DNA from: Callorhinchus milii
Lineage: Eukaryota
DNA length: 64,000 bases
Reading direction: 5' to 3'
Assembly: GCF_018977255.1 (NCBI RefSeq)
Contig: NW_024704742.1
Coordinates: 77,006,001-77,070,000, forward strand
Shown: positions 26,340-40,375 of the stretch, piece after piece
Layout of the letters: every line of letters starts with the position of its first letter
How positions within the stretch are numbered: the stretch's first letter is position 1
Program-made: the position numbers and the translations under genes
Notes under the pieces: model-generated
The model's input: the letters and a program-made list of their open reading frames with translations, nothing else
The model's database searches: none
Told to the model about the DNA's origin: nothing

Positions 26340-27643
26340 GTTAATGTCCATTCAGGAAGTTATTAACTCTGTAATAACTTTGCATAGTTGTGACAATAAC
26401 TAACATGATCTTACTTAGACTGAGAACCCATCAAAGCATGTGGTCCAGGCTGAGGTTCCAATACTCCACATGAAAGCATTCCAGAGAATTTGCTTTGATT
26501 ATTGTCAGATAGATCCAACACAGGAAAGAGATGAGCTATTCATTTAGCCCTTGAGCTCCAGCAATGCGATTACTGGGTTGAACAAATCTAGGTCACCATC
26601 TGCTGCTATCCAGATTGAGGTTTCTGCTTCAGTTTCATATGAGCAGAGGAAGAAACAACAAGGAATCTGATCTGTTGGATGTTATTGCAATTAGGCCAAT
26701 ATCCTGTTAATGTGTTTCCAATGTCTGAATCACAGTAATTAAGTTAAGCCATCAGACAGTGAAACCATGCTTTAAATTGAGCTTTGTGAAAGATATGGTT
26801 GCATGGCCTGTGCTTGTTTGGGGCTAGGTAGTTTGCTGAATAAGTCATTAATTTACGAGGAGGATTTGGGTGAAGCAAGAGGAGCCACATTCCAGCTAAA
26901 TTATCCAACAAGAAAGATGAGAGCAGAGTGTGGGCTATGTCACCGATTTGGTTGTTTTGCTTACTACTGTAATATTACATATGACACATGCACACACTGG
27001 AGGGTCACAATTCTGGTACACAAATACTGAAAGCGTTAATGCCAGTATGGTGTGTGTGGGGGTGAGGGGGGGAGTTGTACTTGGATATTCCAGGGAGGTA
27101 GACATCTTTTCTAGCCCTGCCCAACAAGTGGAAAGTGGCACAACTACAAAGACCATCTGATGTGCAAGTGAACATTGCCCTTGGCACTCCTCGAAAAGAG
27201 AAAGGAGCCAATAGCCAATAGTTCCACCCTCCCCCCAAAAAAACTGATCATTTGTTTCATAACTATTTCCAGACATCGCTATGCACCAATGTGCTGCCAC
27301 GTTCACTTGTGTATTGACTACAAATACACAGTCACTGCACTTCATGGTGAATCATGTGAAACGCTTTGAGATGTCCTCCGGACCATGAAAGGCAATATAC
27401 CAAATGCAAGGATTATGATAGTTGTTTAAAAATATTAAGTCACTGAGATATTTTTTATAATGGAAACCAACATTAGGCTTATGACAATCGTTGTGACCAT
27501 CAGTCTAAAACAACATCAATAAACTGCAAACGGTTTTTGAAGGCTGAGGATCATTAGCGTTAATAATTGGTAGTAGATGTCTCAAAAAAGTGTAATGTCC
27601 TCTGACTCCCACCGCTAACTGGCATCACGTGTTGTAATTTCAG

Positions 27644-27988
27644 ATGGAAAAGGTTTCATTTTTACTGTCAGCGACATCAAGGCTGGTGCCGTTCGGTATC
27701 ATCATGACGACAGTGATACCACAAAGGATTTCATAACTTTCCGAATTTTTGATGGTCATCATAGTACCCGGCACAAATTCCCAATTAATATCTTGCCGAA
27801 AGATGACAGTCCTCCATTCCTCATCAACAACGTTATCTTTGAGCTGTGTGAAGGCCAAACAATTCTGATCGAGAGATTTATGCTTCAGGCCTCGGACATG
27901 GACTCCAGTGATGACTACATTCTCTTCAAAATCACCAAATCCCCTGAAGCTGGAGAAATCATGAAGAAAACAGCTCCCGGAATCACAG
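27644..27988 (+). CDS. FREM1: FREM1 coding exon 8 (DGKGFIFTV...KTAPGIT)
   Basis: tttcag| and G|gtattg, 345 nt, phase 1 to 1. Confidence 0.95.
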
Positions 27989-28759
27989 GTATTGTGGCTG
28001 GGCTTGTGGGTGTTGCCAGGCTGGCAGTGTCTAAACCAGACTGAAAATTGAAAGACACAATGTGATTGTTGAAACCATCACAGAAAACTCTGCCCATTCG
28101 ATGCTCAGCTATAGGTTTAACTGCCTTTCCTCCTCCCCTCCCAACTTCATGAAAATGATTGGGCCCTAACTTGCTTGCAGCAACCAGTGGACTTGCCAGC
28201 TCATAGAGCAATGTGTTTAAGTTCTGGTTCCTGAACATCCAACCCCAGCACCGTACAGTACTTCATGACTTTATCCTTTATGAAGGGCACTAAATCAATC
28301 CAAGTTGCTGTTGTTGAGAACACTATCTTAACTAAACTGAAAACTCGAGTTAGATAATTATTATCTATAGTGATGATATCACATGCCACAATTTTCACCC
28401 CAACATCCGTTTCAAATATTTCCAGGGTCTGAGCTGTGGGCATGCGTGTTAGTATATTATAGATGCTCTCAATGCTCTCTGTACTCTGTTCCAACAAATG
28501 TAATAGCTCAGCCTTCATACTATATGAGCCCTTATCCACAGAAATTGAGTTCATTATTAATTATTGGATCTTACAATTAATTATCTGAGAGAACTTTTCT
28601 GGTCAGGATTTGCATCGAGGTCAAAATGCACATTAAAGAGATTGTCAGGGTGTTGGATATCCATTAATTTACCAATAACTTCTATGTTTTGTAAAGTATA
28701 ATTTTTATACAACTGTATAATTCATCCCTGCACGATAAATTGTAGATATTGTTGTGATA

Positions 28760-29250
28760 TAGTCTATGTTGAAGCTCCAATGCAGTGCTGGGAGAGTTCT
28801 ATGTTATTAGAGATGCCATCCTTTGGATGAGACATTAAACTGAGGTCCCGTGTGCCTGTTCAGGTGGATGTTAAAGATCCCATGGCACTTGCCGTAAAGA
28901 GAAGGGAGTTTTTCCGGCGTCTTGGCCAAGAATCCCCCAAATTAAAATTGGTCACTCACTTCATGGCTGTTTGTGGGACACTGCTGTGTGCATTTGGTTG
29001 CTGCATTCACCTACATACAGTAAATGCTGTGAAGTGTTTGAGATGTCCTCCTGATGTGAAATGCAAAGGTTATTGTTGTAAATCTATCCACGACTGTTTG
29101 TGGGACACTGCTGTGTGCAATTGGCTGCTGTGTTTAGCCCACAAAACATACAATCAATTCACTTTACAGTATATTCTGTGAAGCACTTTAGATGTCTAGA
29201 AGATGTGAAAAGCGCTCTTATCAAATGCAAGGATTATTATTGTTGTTATT
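28760..29250 (+). mobile_element. Family A Deu SINE followed by a second SINE 3' half, abutting the exon 9 acceptor
   Basis: Deu core then duplicated gctgtttgtgggacactgctgtgtgca...aatgcaa tail. Confidence 0.85.
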
Positions 29251-29267
29251 CTGTCCTTTATTGCCAG

Positions 29268-29410
29268 GTTATCCTGTCAACCGGTTCCTGCAGAGGGATC
29301 TCTTTAATGCTGTGATCCACTACCGTCACCTAGGAGGAGAGGTGTTTGAAGACTCCTTTGAGTTCATTCTATCTGACAGCCACGACCCACCGAACCTCTC
29401 AGAACCCCAG
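29268..29410 (+). CDS. FREM1: FREM1 coding exon 9 ([13 protein letters not shown]...NLSEPQ)
   Basis: ttgccag| and CAG|gtattt, phase 1 to 0. Confidence 0.95.
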
Positions 29411-31260
29411 GTATTTCTTAGTTTCCCATACCTCTTGTAATTTCTCAAATCTCTTCTAGATGTCATCCTGGCTCAGTCATTAGCACTCTTGCTTCTGAAT
29501 CAGAAGGGTCCAAGACTTTCATTGGGACATTTGAGCTCACGAATGAGCCTGACACTCCAGCACAGTTCTGGGGGAGCTCTTCATTGTGAGAATTGCAGTT
29601 CTTTGAAGAGCACACCTTTTTTCCTCTGTTTAATTTAATAAAGGCATTAAATCACAAAAGCTAAAAGGTTGGCCACTTCTAAAAAGAATGTAACTTTTAA
29701 AAATTGGCAGGGTTAAAATAAATGTTGAATGAGCCGGAAAAGGATGATTTCACTTGCCTGGAGAGAGGTGCTGCACTGCTACCTAGTTGTTTAACATAAG
29801 AAATGCCTTTAAAACATTAAAACTATCATAAATTGTACAATACAAATTTATATAGTGCCTTTCGCTTTGAGAGGACTTCCCAAGATGCTTAATAATCTTG
29901 GCTTGGCGCCTAAGCTGGGGATGGCAGCCAAAGAGGTGGGGAGGGGGAAGATGACTGAAAGTGCAAAGTGGTAGATCTTGAGATGGATCTTGAATGAGGT
30001 GAGGGAGGGGTCGAGTCGGAAGGGCTCCGGGATGGAGTAGTGTAAGGCATGGTTGCACTGCTCCTTTACTCTTGTTTTTTTTCTTGTATTTACTTGACAT
30101 TGTTTTTCTCTTCACTTTCTTATTTCTCTTTACATTATATCTTCTCATTATTTCCCATCCAGATCTGGAACATACTGATGGATTACATTACAAACTCTCA
30201 CCCGTAGTCTTACATACCAGGGCTTTTCAGCTGGGCTCAGTGGGTTACGTACACCAGTGTATACAAATGCACTGCAGTCCTGGATCATGAAGATCTTAGA
30301 CTGGCTCTATAAATCCTGTAAACACAGGAGTCACTGCCTGGAAATATCTAATTGGATTTTACCAAAAAGCCTAATAATGGCCACAAGAAGTCTCAATCCA
30401 AATGAGTCTTTCTTTCTCCACTGGCAACACATAAAAAGCCACAAAAATAGTGAGCTACACTGGTTATCTTTTGCTTGGCTGCCACTGTGGTATTTCATTC
30501 CTTTTTTATTGAAGTCTCATATAAAGATTTTCATAATAATCTAAATATACTTCCTCACTGTGGTGGAATACCATACCAACTGTGTATTAACACTTCTCCA
30601 AAGCAGTTATTATAGATTATCTATTGTTGACAACGTGAATGTGATATAAAGTTTCTCTAAGATCTAAAAACCCTTTTGAAAAGAGCATGGAGCCTTTTGC
30701 ATCAAGTGTACATGAGAATGGAATATAATAATGTTCTTTGCATTTGATGTAGGACCTTATCACCTAGATGAGACATCTCAAAGCGTTTCACAGAATTTAG
30801 CATTGAGCGTAGTGACTGTGTATTTTTGTACATAAAGTAAGATGGGATGGGACTAAAAGGATTACTCTTTAAAGAGCCAGCACAGACACAATGGGCCAAA
30901 TGGTCTTCATCTGTGATGTAAGGATCTATGGGATGAGTTGAAATATATACGATTGCTCCAGAGACCAGAGTGCAGAACTGTAACAATTTGGATTTAGGCC
31001 AACTTCAATGAATGTTGATTATATTTTTATCTTGAAGCCCAGATTAGTGCAGTTGGCATTCGTCTCTGAGATCTGCATTCAAATAGAACTGAGACTTATC
31101 TCTTCACTCCCCATCCTCGCCTGCCACCACAATTAGTATATAACAGTTGAAGTTGGTACTCATGATATTCGTATAATTTTTGTGCATTTATATTCTTTTA
31201 GGCAGTGATATTCTGGATATCTTGAAGCGAACTGTTCTAACCCAGTGAATTCTATTGCAG

Positions 31261-31457
31261 ACGGTAATTGTGCACATAACCCCTGTGGATGACCAGCTAC
31301 CCAAAGAAGTACCTGGCACTGTTCGGCAACTCGTTGTCAAGGAAACCGAGACATCATGCCTGACAAAGAAGCAGCTGCACTTCACAGACACAGAATCCCC
31401 TGACAGAGAGCTGATATATACAATAACAACTCTGCCATTCTTTACCTCCACTGTGGG
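31261..31457 (+). CDS. FREM1: FREM1 coding exon 10 ([16 protein letters not shown]...FFTSTV)
   Basis: ttgcag| and GG|gtaggt, phase 0 to 2. Confidence 0.95.
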
Positions 31458-32414
31458 GTAGGTGCATACAATGTGCAATCACGTACACATTGTGGTACTG
31501 TTAATATGTGCACATTGAGGGTTTAAAATGCAGTATTTGCTTACCAGACTTTGTGATTTCCAGGTTTGGTTTACAGTCTGTTCCAGGTTTGCCACTACAC
31601 ACCGAAATTGTGGAACACTCTTCCTCAATTCCTCTGCCTTACCCCCCCTCTCCCCTTTTTCAAGTCCCACCTGAAAACCTTCCTTTTCAACTGTGTTTAC
31701 AGTCACCTCCATTCCCCCATCCCATCCCCGGCTCAGAGTCACATGGGGCAGCATCTCGGAGCACTTCAGTCCAAGAAGCATAGACAACATAATGGGAGGC
31801 CATCCAGCCCATTTCTTTGTGTCGGTGTTCACTCCTCCAAGAGGCCATCTCTGCTAATCCCAATTCCCTGCTCATTCCTGTATCATCTAATGCCCCTCCT
31901 CTGCATGTGTTTATCTAATTCACTGAGCCTTGGCAGGTTTCAGCATTTTTTTTCTCACCTTATGTTTTAGCAAATTCTTTAAGTTAATTTGCAAGAAGTG
32001 GTTGGTGATGCACCATTTTCAAACTCTCAGTGATGAATTCTTCATGCACTGTAGCTTTCCTGGGCCTATGTGTGAATAACCCTGAGACAGTGTAGTCAGT
32101 CTAGGCCAACTGTGAGCATTAGCTGAATGCAAGAAGCACACTAGACTGACTGATAGGTCATTGGTTTCTTTGGAAAACTTTGACCATTCAATTCACAGTC
32201 TTCTATTCCAGTGCTGATCCAGTAGTTATATATCCGGGTCAACCTTTCCCTTGGCAGTCCAAAGTGGGAACTTCCCTTTGCATAACGGCATGTCATTCTA
32301 AAGACGTAACAATGACCTAAAGTCACTGTGGGCATGACTACACCAACATATTGTCTGTGTGGAGTTCTGTGATTCCCTATAAATAAATAATCCTAATCAT
32401 CCTTGCATTTGATG

Positions 32415-32980
32415 AAATGTTAAACAGAAGTCCCGTCTGCCTGTTTAGGTCAATGTTAAAGATCCCATGGCACTATCCTTGAGAAAGGTGTTTCTCCTGG
32501 TGTCCTGGCTGATAAATCCCCAAATAGAATTGATCATTTGTTTCATGGGTGTTTATGGGACATCGCTACATACAAATTGGCTGTTTAACTACAAATACAC
32601 AATCACGACAATTCACAGTAAAATCCTGTAAGACGCTTTGACATATCAAATGCAAGGGTTATTATTGTGCCTTATCAACAGCAACAACTTGCATTTATAT
32701 AGCGCCCCTCACGCAAGATAGCGTCCCAGAGAGCTTGACAATGGAGGAGCAAGATTATCACAGTGATGAAATGTCTCAAAGTGCTTCACAACATTTAATG
32801 TAAAGAGCTGTGACTGTGTAGTTATAGGTGAATGCAGCAGCCAATTTGCGCACAGCGATGTCCTACAAACAGCCAATGAATGACCATTTTTTTTATCTGG
32901 GGCCAGGACACAGGCAGAAATTCTGTTCTCTTTTCGAATGATGTCATGGGATCTTTCACTTCCACCTGAAAGGGCAGATT
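32415..32980. mobile_element. Tail-to-tail pair of family A SINEs (+ 32415-32670; - 32755-32980)
   Basis: Deu core on opposite strands. Confidence 0.75.
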
Positions 32981-33731
32981 GTTATTAAAATGCCTGAAGT
33001 GTGACTGACTCTCCAGTAAGAATAATATCTTGAAAGTCCAATGTTCGCTGTATGATCACCGAAACTGTGTCAGTCCTGAACTGTCTCAAAAGCTGCATTG
33101 TCTGTATGAAGTGCTCGAGGCCCCGAGACAGGCATGTAAGGAAAATAATGGTGGCACTACTTGATATAAATTGTCAAGGGGATTCTGTATGATCGTGGCT
33201 TGGTTGATAGCACTCTTGCCTCTGCATTAGAAGATTGTGGGTTGACAGCGTATTTCTGGATTTAAGCTCAGAGTCTAAAATGACAATCTAGTGAATTATT
33301 TGGAGAACTCTGTATTGTCTGAGGCACTGCTTTTCAGAAGAGATATTAAACAGAACAAGCCAGTTTATTCAGGTGGATGTTAAAGATCCCATGGGACTAT
33401 TTGAAAAGAGAAAGCAATTTTTCCTGACCGACAATCCTTCAAATAAATGAATCACTCAGCTGATGGCTATTTTCAAGCATGTGAAACTTTTTAATGTTAT
33501 GGATGCTGTATCAAATGCTTAGCTTAATTAAAATTGCTGCATCAAATGTAAGGATTCGCATATTCCTGTAGGATTGTTTTTTATTTGTTGCTTATTCACT
33601 GTGCGAGTTGCTTTTAGCAGTTTAATATTGAGTGGTTTTGCGGAGTGCCCCAAGAGTGATTAGCATACGGCAACGGAGACAGTTTGAGTAATTGAGGAAG
33701 GTGTAACCAATTCTTTCCTTTCTTTGTGAAG

Positions 33732-33822
33732 CTTGCCTGATGCAGGGAAATTGTTTCTGACAGACAGCATGAACAAACTGAACAAAGATGCCAGTGTCCC
33801 AATGCTGAGGTCCTTCACACAG
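33732..33822 (+). CDS. FREM1: FREM1 coding exon 11 (LPDAGKLFLTDSMNKLNKDASVPMLRSFTQ)
   Basis: AAG acceptor after pyrimidine tract, CAG|gtattt, phase 2 to 0; absent from ORF track. Confidence 0.93.
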
Positions 33823-35461
33823 GTATTTCAACTCGCTTTTCCAGTATGGTTTCTTACAAAGATGACAAGTTAGGAACCCAACAAAAGTGTATCCCTCACA
33901 ATTTTTTTGAGGTCCTTGCTCAGTATACATTCAGAATTTTTTCCCTACTTCAGGATCAAACCCATATCCCTCCTCAGTCTCATCTCAAAAGTTTGAACCT
34001 TTCTCCACTGACTCCCAACAATAACAACAACAGATTGCATTTATATAGCACTTCCATAACAGGAGGATATCCCAAAGTGCTGGATAGCGGAGAGTTCTGT
34101 CAAATTCCAGAAATTAACATAAGAGGTTAATGATACAGATGATGGCATATTTAGCATATCTGGACAATGTAAGTGTTGTGAAATTTTTCTGTGCATACAT
34201 CATTCATTGAAGTGGAATATCTTTCAGTAGTGTGGAGCATCACCGACCATCCCTCTTCCATCCCCCTCATGCCCCCCACCAAGTGTGAAATAATTTCTTG
34301 TGATATTGTGCATTTAATTACACTTAGAGCGAAGTGCATAAGAATTTTTGAGTCAACTGGGTGTCTAACATATGCAGAAATCCATCTCTGTGCTTTCATG
34401 TATCCACACCAAACTGAGTTCTATACCTGCTTACCTAAATCCAGAGAGTATTAGGCACAGGTTTGCAAGGCTTGGGGACCCCAGATGGTCCATTGAGGTA
34501 CTGCTGGAGTCTAACCAGCTAAAACCAGATAGTTTGCCATTGAAAGCACTGCTTGGCAAGCTTCCTATTATATATCCAGCTAGGATCACCCTATCCGTTG
34601 GAGGTTTGGTCTATAAGATTTACAGGAGCTGAGTGGGAAGAATCCCTATGTGTGCATTTTACATTGGAGTGGGTAAATGTTTCAATAGTATGGGCGCATC
34701 CCTCTCCTCCATCCCCCCTTCTCTCCCCTGAATGTTAAGTAATCACTTGTGCTATTTTGCGTTTAATCACAGTTAGAGCAAAGTGGTTCAAGGTAAATTT
34801 GTTGCTCACGTGTTGCAGTGGGGAGGCCTTGCAGTGGCAGAATGCAGGCCCAGATTAGAATGAGAGATTGCGTTGTGGGGTACACCTTCCCTTATACAGT
34901 GCAGAGGGATTCGTCAGAGGCTTTTTTCTCTGGTATTTTCACAAGTTCATTAAACATATTAGGTTTGATGAGAAAGTTGTTTCTTTCATTTTCAGATTTT
35001 GCTCCCTCCCACCTCCCCCCACACTATTTCCTCATCTGAAAGTTGTTGACTGATGCTGAGAAATGGTTTTATTAACCACTCACCCAAGATCGTGTCAGGA
35101 GACTATGCGACCATGGAGGTCATCATAGATGACCCTTTCCAGCACACCTGCACTTTTCAGTAGGGGTTCGCTGTTCAAGTATGAGGAAGTGGTTGCTTTT
35201 ACCTCTGTAGCTATAGAGGTGCAGTGAGGCCAATTGTTATAGCCCCACTGCTGCCTCCAGCGGAGATATGTTTTCATTGTTTTGTATTTTAACTATAATT
35301 TTCAATGATTTATTTGGCTGCTGGAGCAGTTATTGTTCTAGTGTTTTATTTGATGCCGCAATGCAAAAGTTAGAACATCAGGGCAAAAAGTGGGGTACTC
35401 ATCAGAGGTCAACCATTAGGTACAGGTAACATAGAAAGACATGTTCTTCTCTACTTTACAG

Positions 35462-35629
35462 CATGCTGTCAACTACCTGAAAGTAGCCTACATGCCTCCT
35501 GTTCAGGATATAGGACCCGACTCACAGCACCTTCAGTTTCACTTCTCAGTCAGCAATCAACATGGTGGAACTTTAATTGGCCTCTGCTTCAATATCACAG
35601 TTCTTCCTGTTGACAACCAAGCACCAGAG
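35462..35629 (+). CDS. FREM1: FREM1 coding exon 12 ([13 protein letters not shown]...VDNQAPE)
   Basis: ttacag| and GAG|gtatgt, phase 0 to 0. Confidence 0.95.
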
Positions 35630-35779
35630 GTATGTTCCTTTGTTCAGGTTTCTAAAGCTGCCCATTTTTTGGTCCCATCTGCTGACATTGCAGTGTTTAA
35701 CTAATGACTGTCTTGTATTTCTTGCCTCATGTGCTGTGAGGTGTAACAGTGGCATAATTAAAAGATTGTTTTTTTCCAG

Positions 35780-35988
35780 ATCTACACAAACCTGCTGAGA
35801 GTGGAGGAGGGTGCCACATCTCAAATTACCGCGCATCACTTGCTGGTAACTGATATTGATACCAAAGAGGAGAATATCAGGGTGCTGCTACAGAGGAAAC
35901 CAATGAACGGAGAGGTTGAAGTGGATGGAGTCATCATGATTGAAGGGGATATGTTCACCTTGAAAGATCTCAAGAAAACTAAAGTTAG
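35780..35988 (+). CDS. FREM1: FREM1 coding exon 13 (IYTNLLRVEEG...LKKTKV)
   Basis: ttccag| and AG|gttagg, phase 0 to 2. Confidence 0.95.
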
Positions 35989-36967
35989 GTTAGGACACGT
36001 TTTACATTAAATATGATGTAGCGTACAGTACAATTTACATTTATAAAACATCCTTTATGTACGGACCTTGAATCAGTATCAGAGAAAAATTCCACCACGG
36101 CTTCCATTTATTCTCTTTGTATAACATTTCAGCAGATCCAGAATTTGGAAAATTATTGAACTCAATCTTAACTTTGAAGTTGACTTTCTGCAGATCTTCT
36201 GTTTGCAGATGTTTTTGTAAATGAAATTGTGCAGTCAGTGGACTCACCTTGAACCGTGGGACATGATGGTGGCTGCTCCCAAGGGTTGTATTGTGGCTCT
36301 GCATGGCTCAAGGGGGAGATTAAGGTGTCGATTGGAAGATGCAAGAGGCATCTGTCCCAATTCTTATCAGCATCTGGGGATTGTGGTAGACACCAAATAT
36401 TGTTTAGACACTGGCATTTGGGACTGCACTGAGAAGCGGTGAAGTGCATGCTGATTGTCCTGATCTCACTTCAATGACAGCAGGGTCCTGTTGCAGGTTA
36501 AGGTTGTGGTGTCTAAGACATGTATCCAAACCATTCTCCTTCATGGTGCCAAGCTCCTGGGCTTGCAGTGGAAACCTTCAGCACATTTGTGAAGACCAGG
36601 ACTAAACAGTCAGGTGGAATTTTGGTAAACGGGGAAGTGGCTGCAAAGTAGAAGGGCTCCATCCAACACTAATCTGTCACTTAGCATCCCGGAGGCAGAG
36701 TCAGGGAATCTTTAATCTTCACCTGTACAGAAACACAGATAATCAATTTAACATCCCATCCGAAGAACGACACCTCTGACACTGCAGCATTCACACAGTG
36801 TCAGCCTCGACTGCGATCTCACAGGCCCAAAGGGAGCTTGATTCCCTGAGTCACAAACATCTGACTTGGAAGCAACTGAGCCAAGCTGATAATTTATTTA
36901 GTTTGATTAGCTACATTATCATAATATGAATGCAGCAGTTCTGAATGAAGATCCTATGTGTTCACAG

Positions 36968-37061
36968 TTACAGGCATGATGATTCTGAGACCCTGCAAGA
37001 CAAAATCATCTTTTCCGCTACAGATGGATTCAACTCAGCTGAATGTGTTTTGGAGGTGCAG
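36968..37061 (+). CDS. FREM1: FREM1 coding exon 14 (YRHDDSETLQD...VLEVQ)
   Basis: tcacag| and CAG|gtcagt, phase 2 to 0. Confidence 0.94.
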
Positions 37062-37249
37062 GTCAGTGAGAATGACGAGGGTGTTGATCCATTTCCAGAG
37101 GCTGATCTCTGCAACAACAAAAACTTGCATTTGTACAGGATGACCAAAATTCGTGATATCTACCCTATTATCTAACAATAAATCATAATTTCTTTAAGAC
37201 TATTAGACATTGTAATGGTATCACATCTTTTTGGTCACCCCGTATAATG

Positions 37250-37575
37250 ACTTTCACGTGGGGCAGCGTCTTGGAGCACTTAACAGTGGCAGAGCCTGAT
37301 GCCGGGCCGGGGGAGGAGGTGACTGTAATCACGGTCAAAGAGAAAGGTCTTCGGTTGTGATCTAAATGAGGGAAAGGAGCGGGCAGGATGGAGGGAATTG
37401 AGGGAGAGAAGTCCAAAGCTTCGGGGCACAGTGGCTGAAAGCAAGGCTGTAGTGGCGGAGGAAACGAGGAACAAGCAGGAGGCCAGAGCCAGCCGAATGG
37501 AGGTAGTGGGCAGAAAGGAGGTCAGAAAGTTAGGGAGGTGCCAGGGCATAAAGGGATTTGTAGACGAATGAGAGG
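37250..37575 (-). mobile_element. L2 LINE 3' fragment
   Basis: Reverse complement resembles 55730-56120. Confidence 0.75.
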
Positions 37576-38589
37576 ATCTTGAAATCAAGACTGCAGACTC
37601 GTGTTCTTCTGCATCAGTGAAATCACATTTGCAATATGCAAGAATTTTTGGCTCTTCACTTACAGGTAGATATTGAAGTATAGTAGAATTTAGAGAAGAG
37701 CAAGGTAGGCTCCAAATGATAATAATAATCCTTGCATTTGATATAGCGCCTTATTATGGCTTCGAGACATCTCAAAGCATTTAACCGAATACAATGTAAA
37801 GTGTTATGATTGTGTATTTTGTGGGCGAAATGCGGCAGCCAATTGTACACAGCCAATTGCACAAATCATAAGGATTAGGGCACAGAGTTGAATTTGTATT
37901 CAGTGGAGAAACAAAGGGCCATAATATAGGTATTTAAAATATCAAAAATCATGATTAATGTGAACGAAAGTAAGTAATTTATTTAAACTGCAATTGTAAA
38001 AGTGCGAATAGGACAAGAGATAATAAAAAAGCATTCAGGTAACGAAGTTGATATGTGGAAGAGGGTTGCATTGAGGCCGTTTGGGATGGAGTTGGAACTG
38101 CGCACTCATTTCACTTCAGATCTTTACAGGAATCTGGGGTGGATTAAAAGCAGATGCTTTTCCAACCCTACTTTCAACAAGTGAAGTTTAATTGTGCATT
38201 GATGTACAGTAGTTTGGAGTTTGGGCATTGTCAGATGTTGCAAAGGGCTCCTAATTTGTCTAGGGACCTTTAAAGTCAGTTGTAAACAATTGCTCACCAT
38301 ATGTTTTGGGTGTATGTTGATCGGTAATAAATGATTTTCTCTCGGGTGGGAGAGTGGGGGGGGTGAAGTAAAACCATATTCTCTGACTGCACTGTGGCAG
38401 AGCTAGGGCAGCAGACACAATATTCAGACATAATTTCCACAACATGTGACTGGAAGGAGGGAGGAGGGAAGATTAAATGCTTGATTTAAGGAATGAGTAT
38501 GAAACAGTTGGCTATGTGGTGATCATACAGTTAGAAGTATAAATTCAACTGGATCATAGTGATAGTTCTGGAAGATGTTGTGCAGAGAG

Positions 38590-38975
38590 ATATAATGTAA
38601 TAATAAGTCTCAAAGCGCTTCACAGGCTTTACTGTAAAGTGAATTGACTGTGTATTTGTAGGCAAACACGGCAATGCCCCACAAACAGCCAATGAATGAA
38701 TGACCAGTTTCATTCAGTGAATTGTTGGTCGGGACACTGGAAGAAACTCCCTTCTCTTTTCAAGTCATGCCATGGGATCTATAACCTGAACGGGCCGACA
38801 GGACCTCAGTTTATGGTCTCATCCAAAAACAGCACCTCCGGCAAAGCAGCATACCCCCAGCACTGCATGAAAGTGCCAGCCTAGAAGAATATGTGAGTTC
38901 AAGTCCCAATTGGGGCTTTAACCCACAACATTCTGACTCAGAGACGAGTGTGCCACCAACTGAGCCAAACTGATA
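38590..38975 (-). mobile_element. Family A Deu SINE, near full length
   Basis: tRNA-like head (tcagttggtggcacactcgtctctgagtcagaa...ggttaaag) plus Deu core. Confidence 0.85.
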
Positions 38976-40375
38976 CACACATCTCTTGTAAAACAACGGT
39001 CAATGGCTATAAATTATTAAAATAAATTTTCCTCAAAGAGCTCTACAGCAGGAAAACGTTCCTTCTTGAAATAATAGCTCTGAAACAGCATCAAGCTCCT
39101 TTGCTAAACATCTCACCATTGCAAATTTTGAAAATAATTATAAGGATAACCCTAAATAGTAACCACTGATTGTTGTGTTGGTTGTATTTTGGAGGCAGAC
39201 CGACATCTGGCAAGCAGTTCTCTCCACAGAAAACATGACTTAATTGTGGTAATCACGCCCCAGATGTTTTTGAAGCATGTTTCACTGCAATTTGAAGCTT
39301 CAAAGGAAACTGAGAGAAAGCCCGAAAACAGCATTGAGCCCACAGCAAAAATGAGCTAGGTTCTCTTGTTTGTTAAGTCTCTGCCAGTTTGCTTTCCCAA
39401 TGATAAAATAAAGAAGATTCACTGAAAGCCTTTCTTTAGAAAACTCATAACAAAATAATTCTCAGGAAAATAGGTTAGGTTGAAGTATCTTATTTCATTG
39501 AGCACATTCTCCCTTTACCAGACATTGGTAAGTGAGGCTGAATACCGCAGTAGCGCTCCAATTAATTGTATTTGTTTTGTTGAGGGGTATTTATCACGTA
39601 CAGCACAAAATATCAATGTTTCATTCCAAATAGTACCATCAGAGGTCTGAAAATCACCTGGTATTAGGCTTACTCCTATTACCATGCTACTCCCTCCACT
39701 TGGGCTGCTACATGTCCCCCAACTGATCCATCTACCATTGGTGGGTGAACCTTCGACCATTCTGCCCCTGCTCTCTGGAATTTCATCCTAGATTGCCTTG
39801 GTTTGCCCCTCCATCCCTCCCTGCCTTTTTTAAAAAAAACCTTAAAACCTATTGCTTTGACTATGCTTTTGGCTACCTTTCCCTTCCATTTCCCAGCTCC
39901 CTCTCCCTGCAGCTCAGACTCACAGTCAGTTCTGTGAAGTGCTTTGAGATGTCCTCACAGAGTGAAAGGCACTATATAAATGTTTAAATGACCATTTACA
40001 ATTGTGCAGAAATTTAGAACATTCTTAGATTCAATTTTAATTTTGAAACCTGTTTTCGTTTTTAAAAAAAAGATCCTTGGAAAGCCAGATTATAACTTAA
40101 AACTCATTTATGAACTTTTTTAAAATTTCCCTTAATACCCTTAAATTTCAAGATCACAACCTTGAGATGAAGATCAGGGAAATGTGTGAGCTTCAGAGCT
40201 TCGTGAAATTAGAACGTGTGGAGTGTTTTGTGAAAAGTAGCACACATGCTACTGTGTCCAATGCTGGTCGCCACACAGCAAGAAGAATATAGCAGGGTTG
40301 GAAAGAGTACAGTGTAGGTTTATTCTGATGATATCAGGATTAATAATCGTTGCATTTGATAAAGCTCCTTATCAT

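Noticed and set aside
36270..36690. Possible RTE-type retroelement 5' region on the minus strand
   Set aside because: Resemblance too weak to assign without a search
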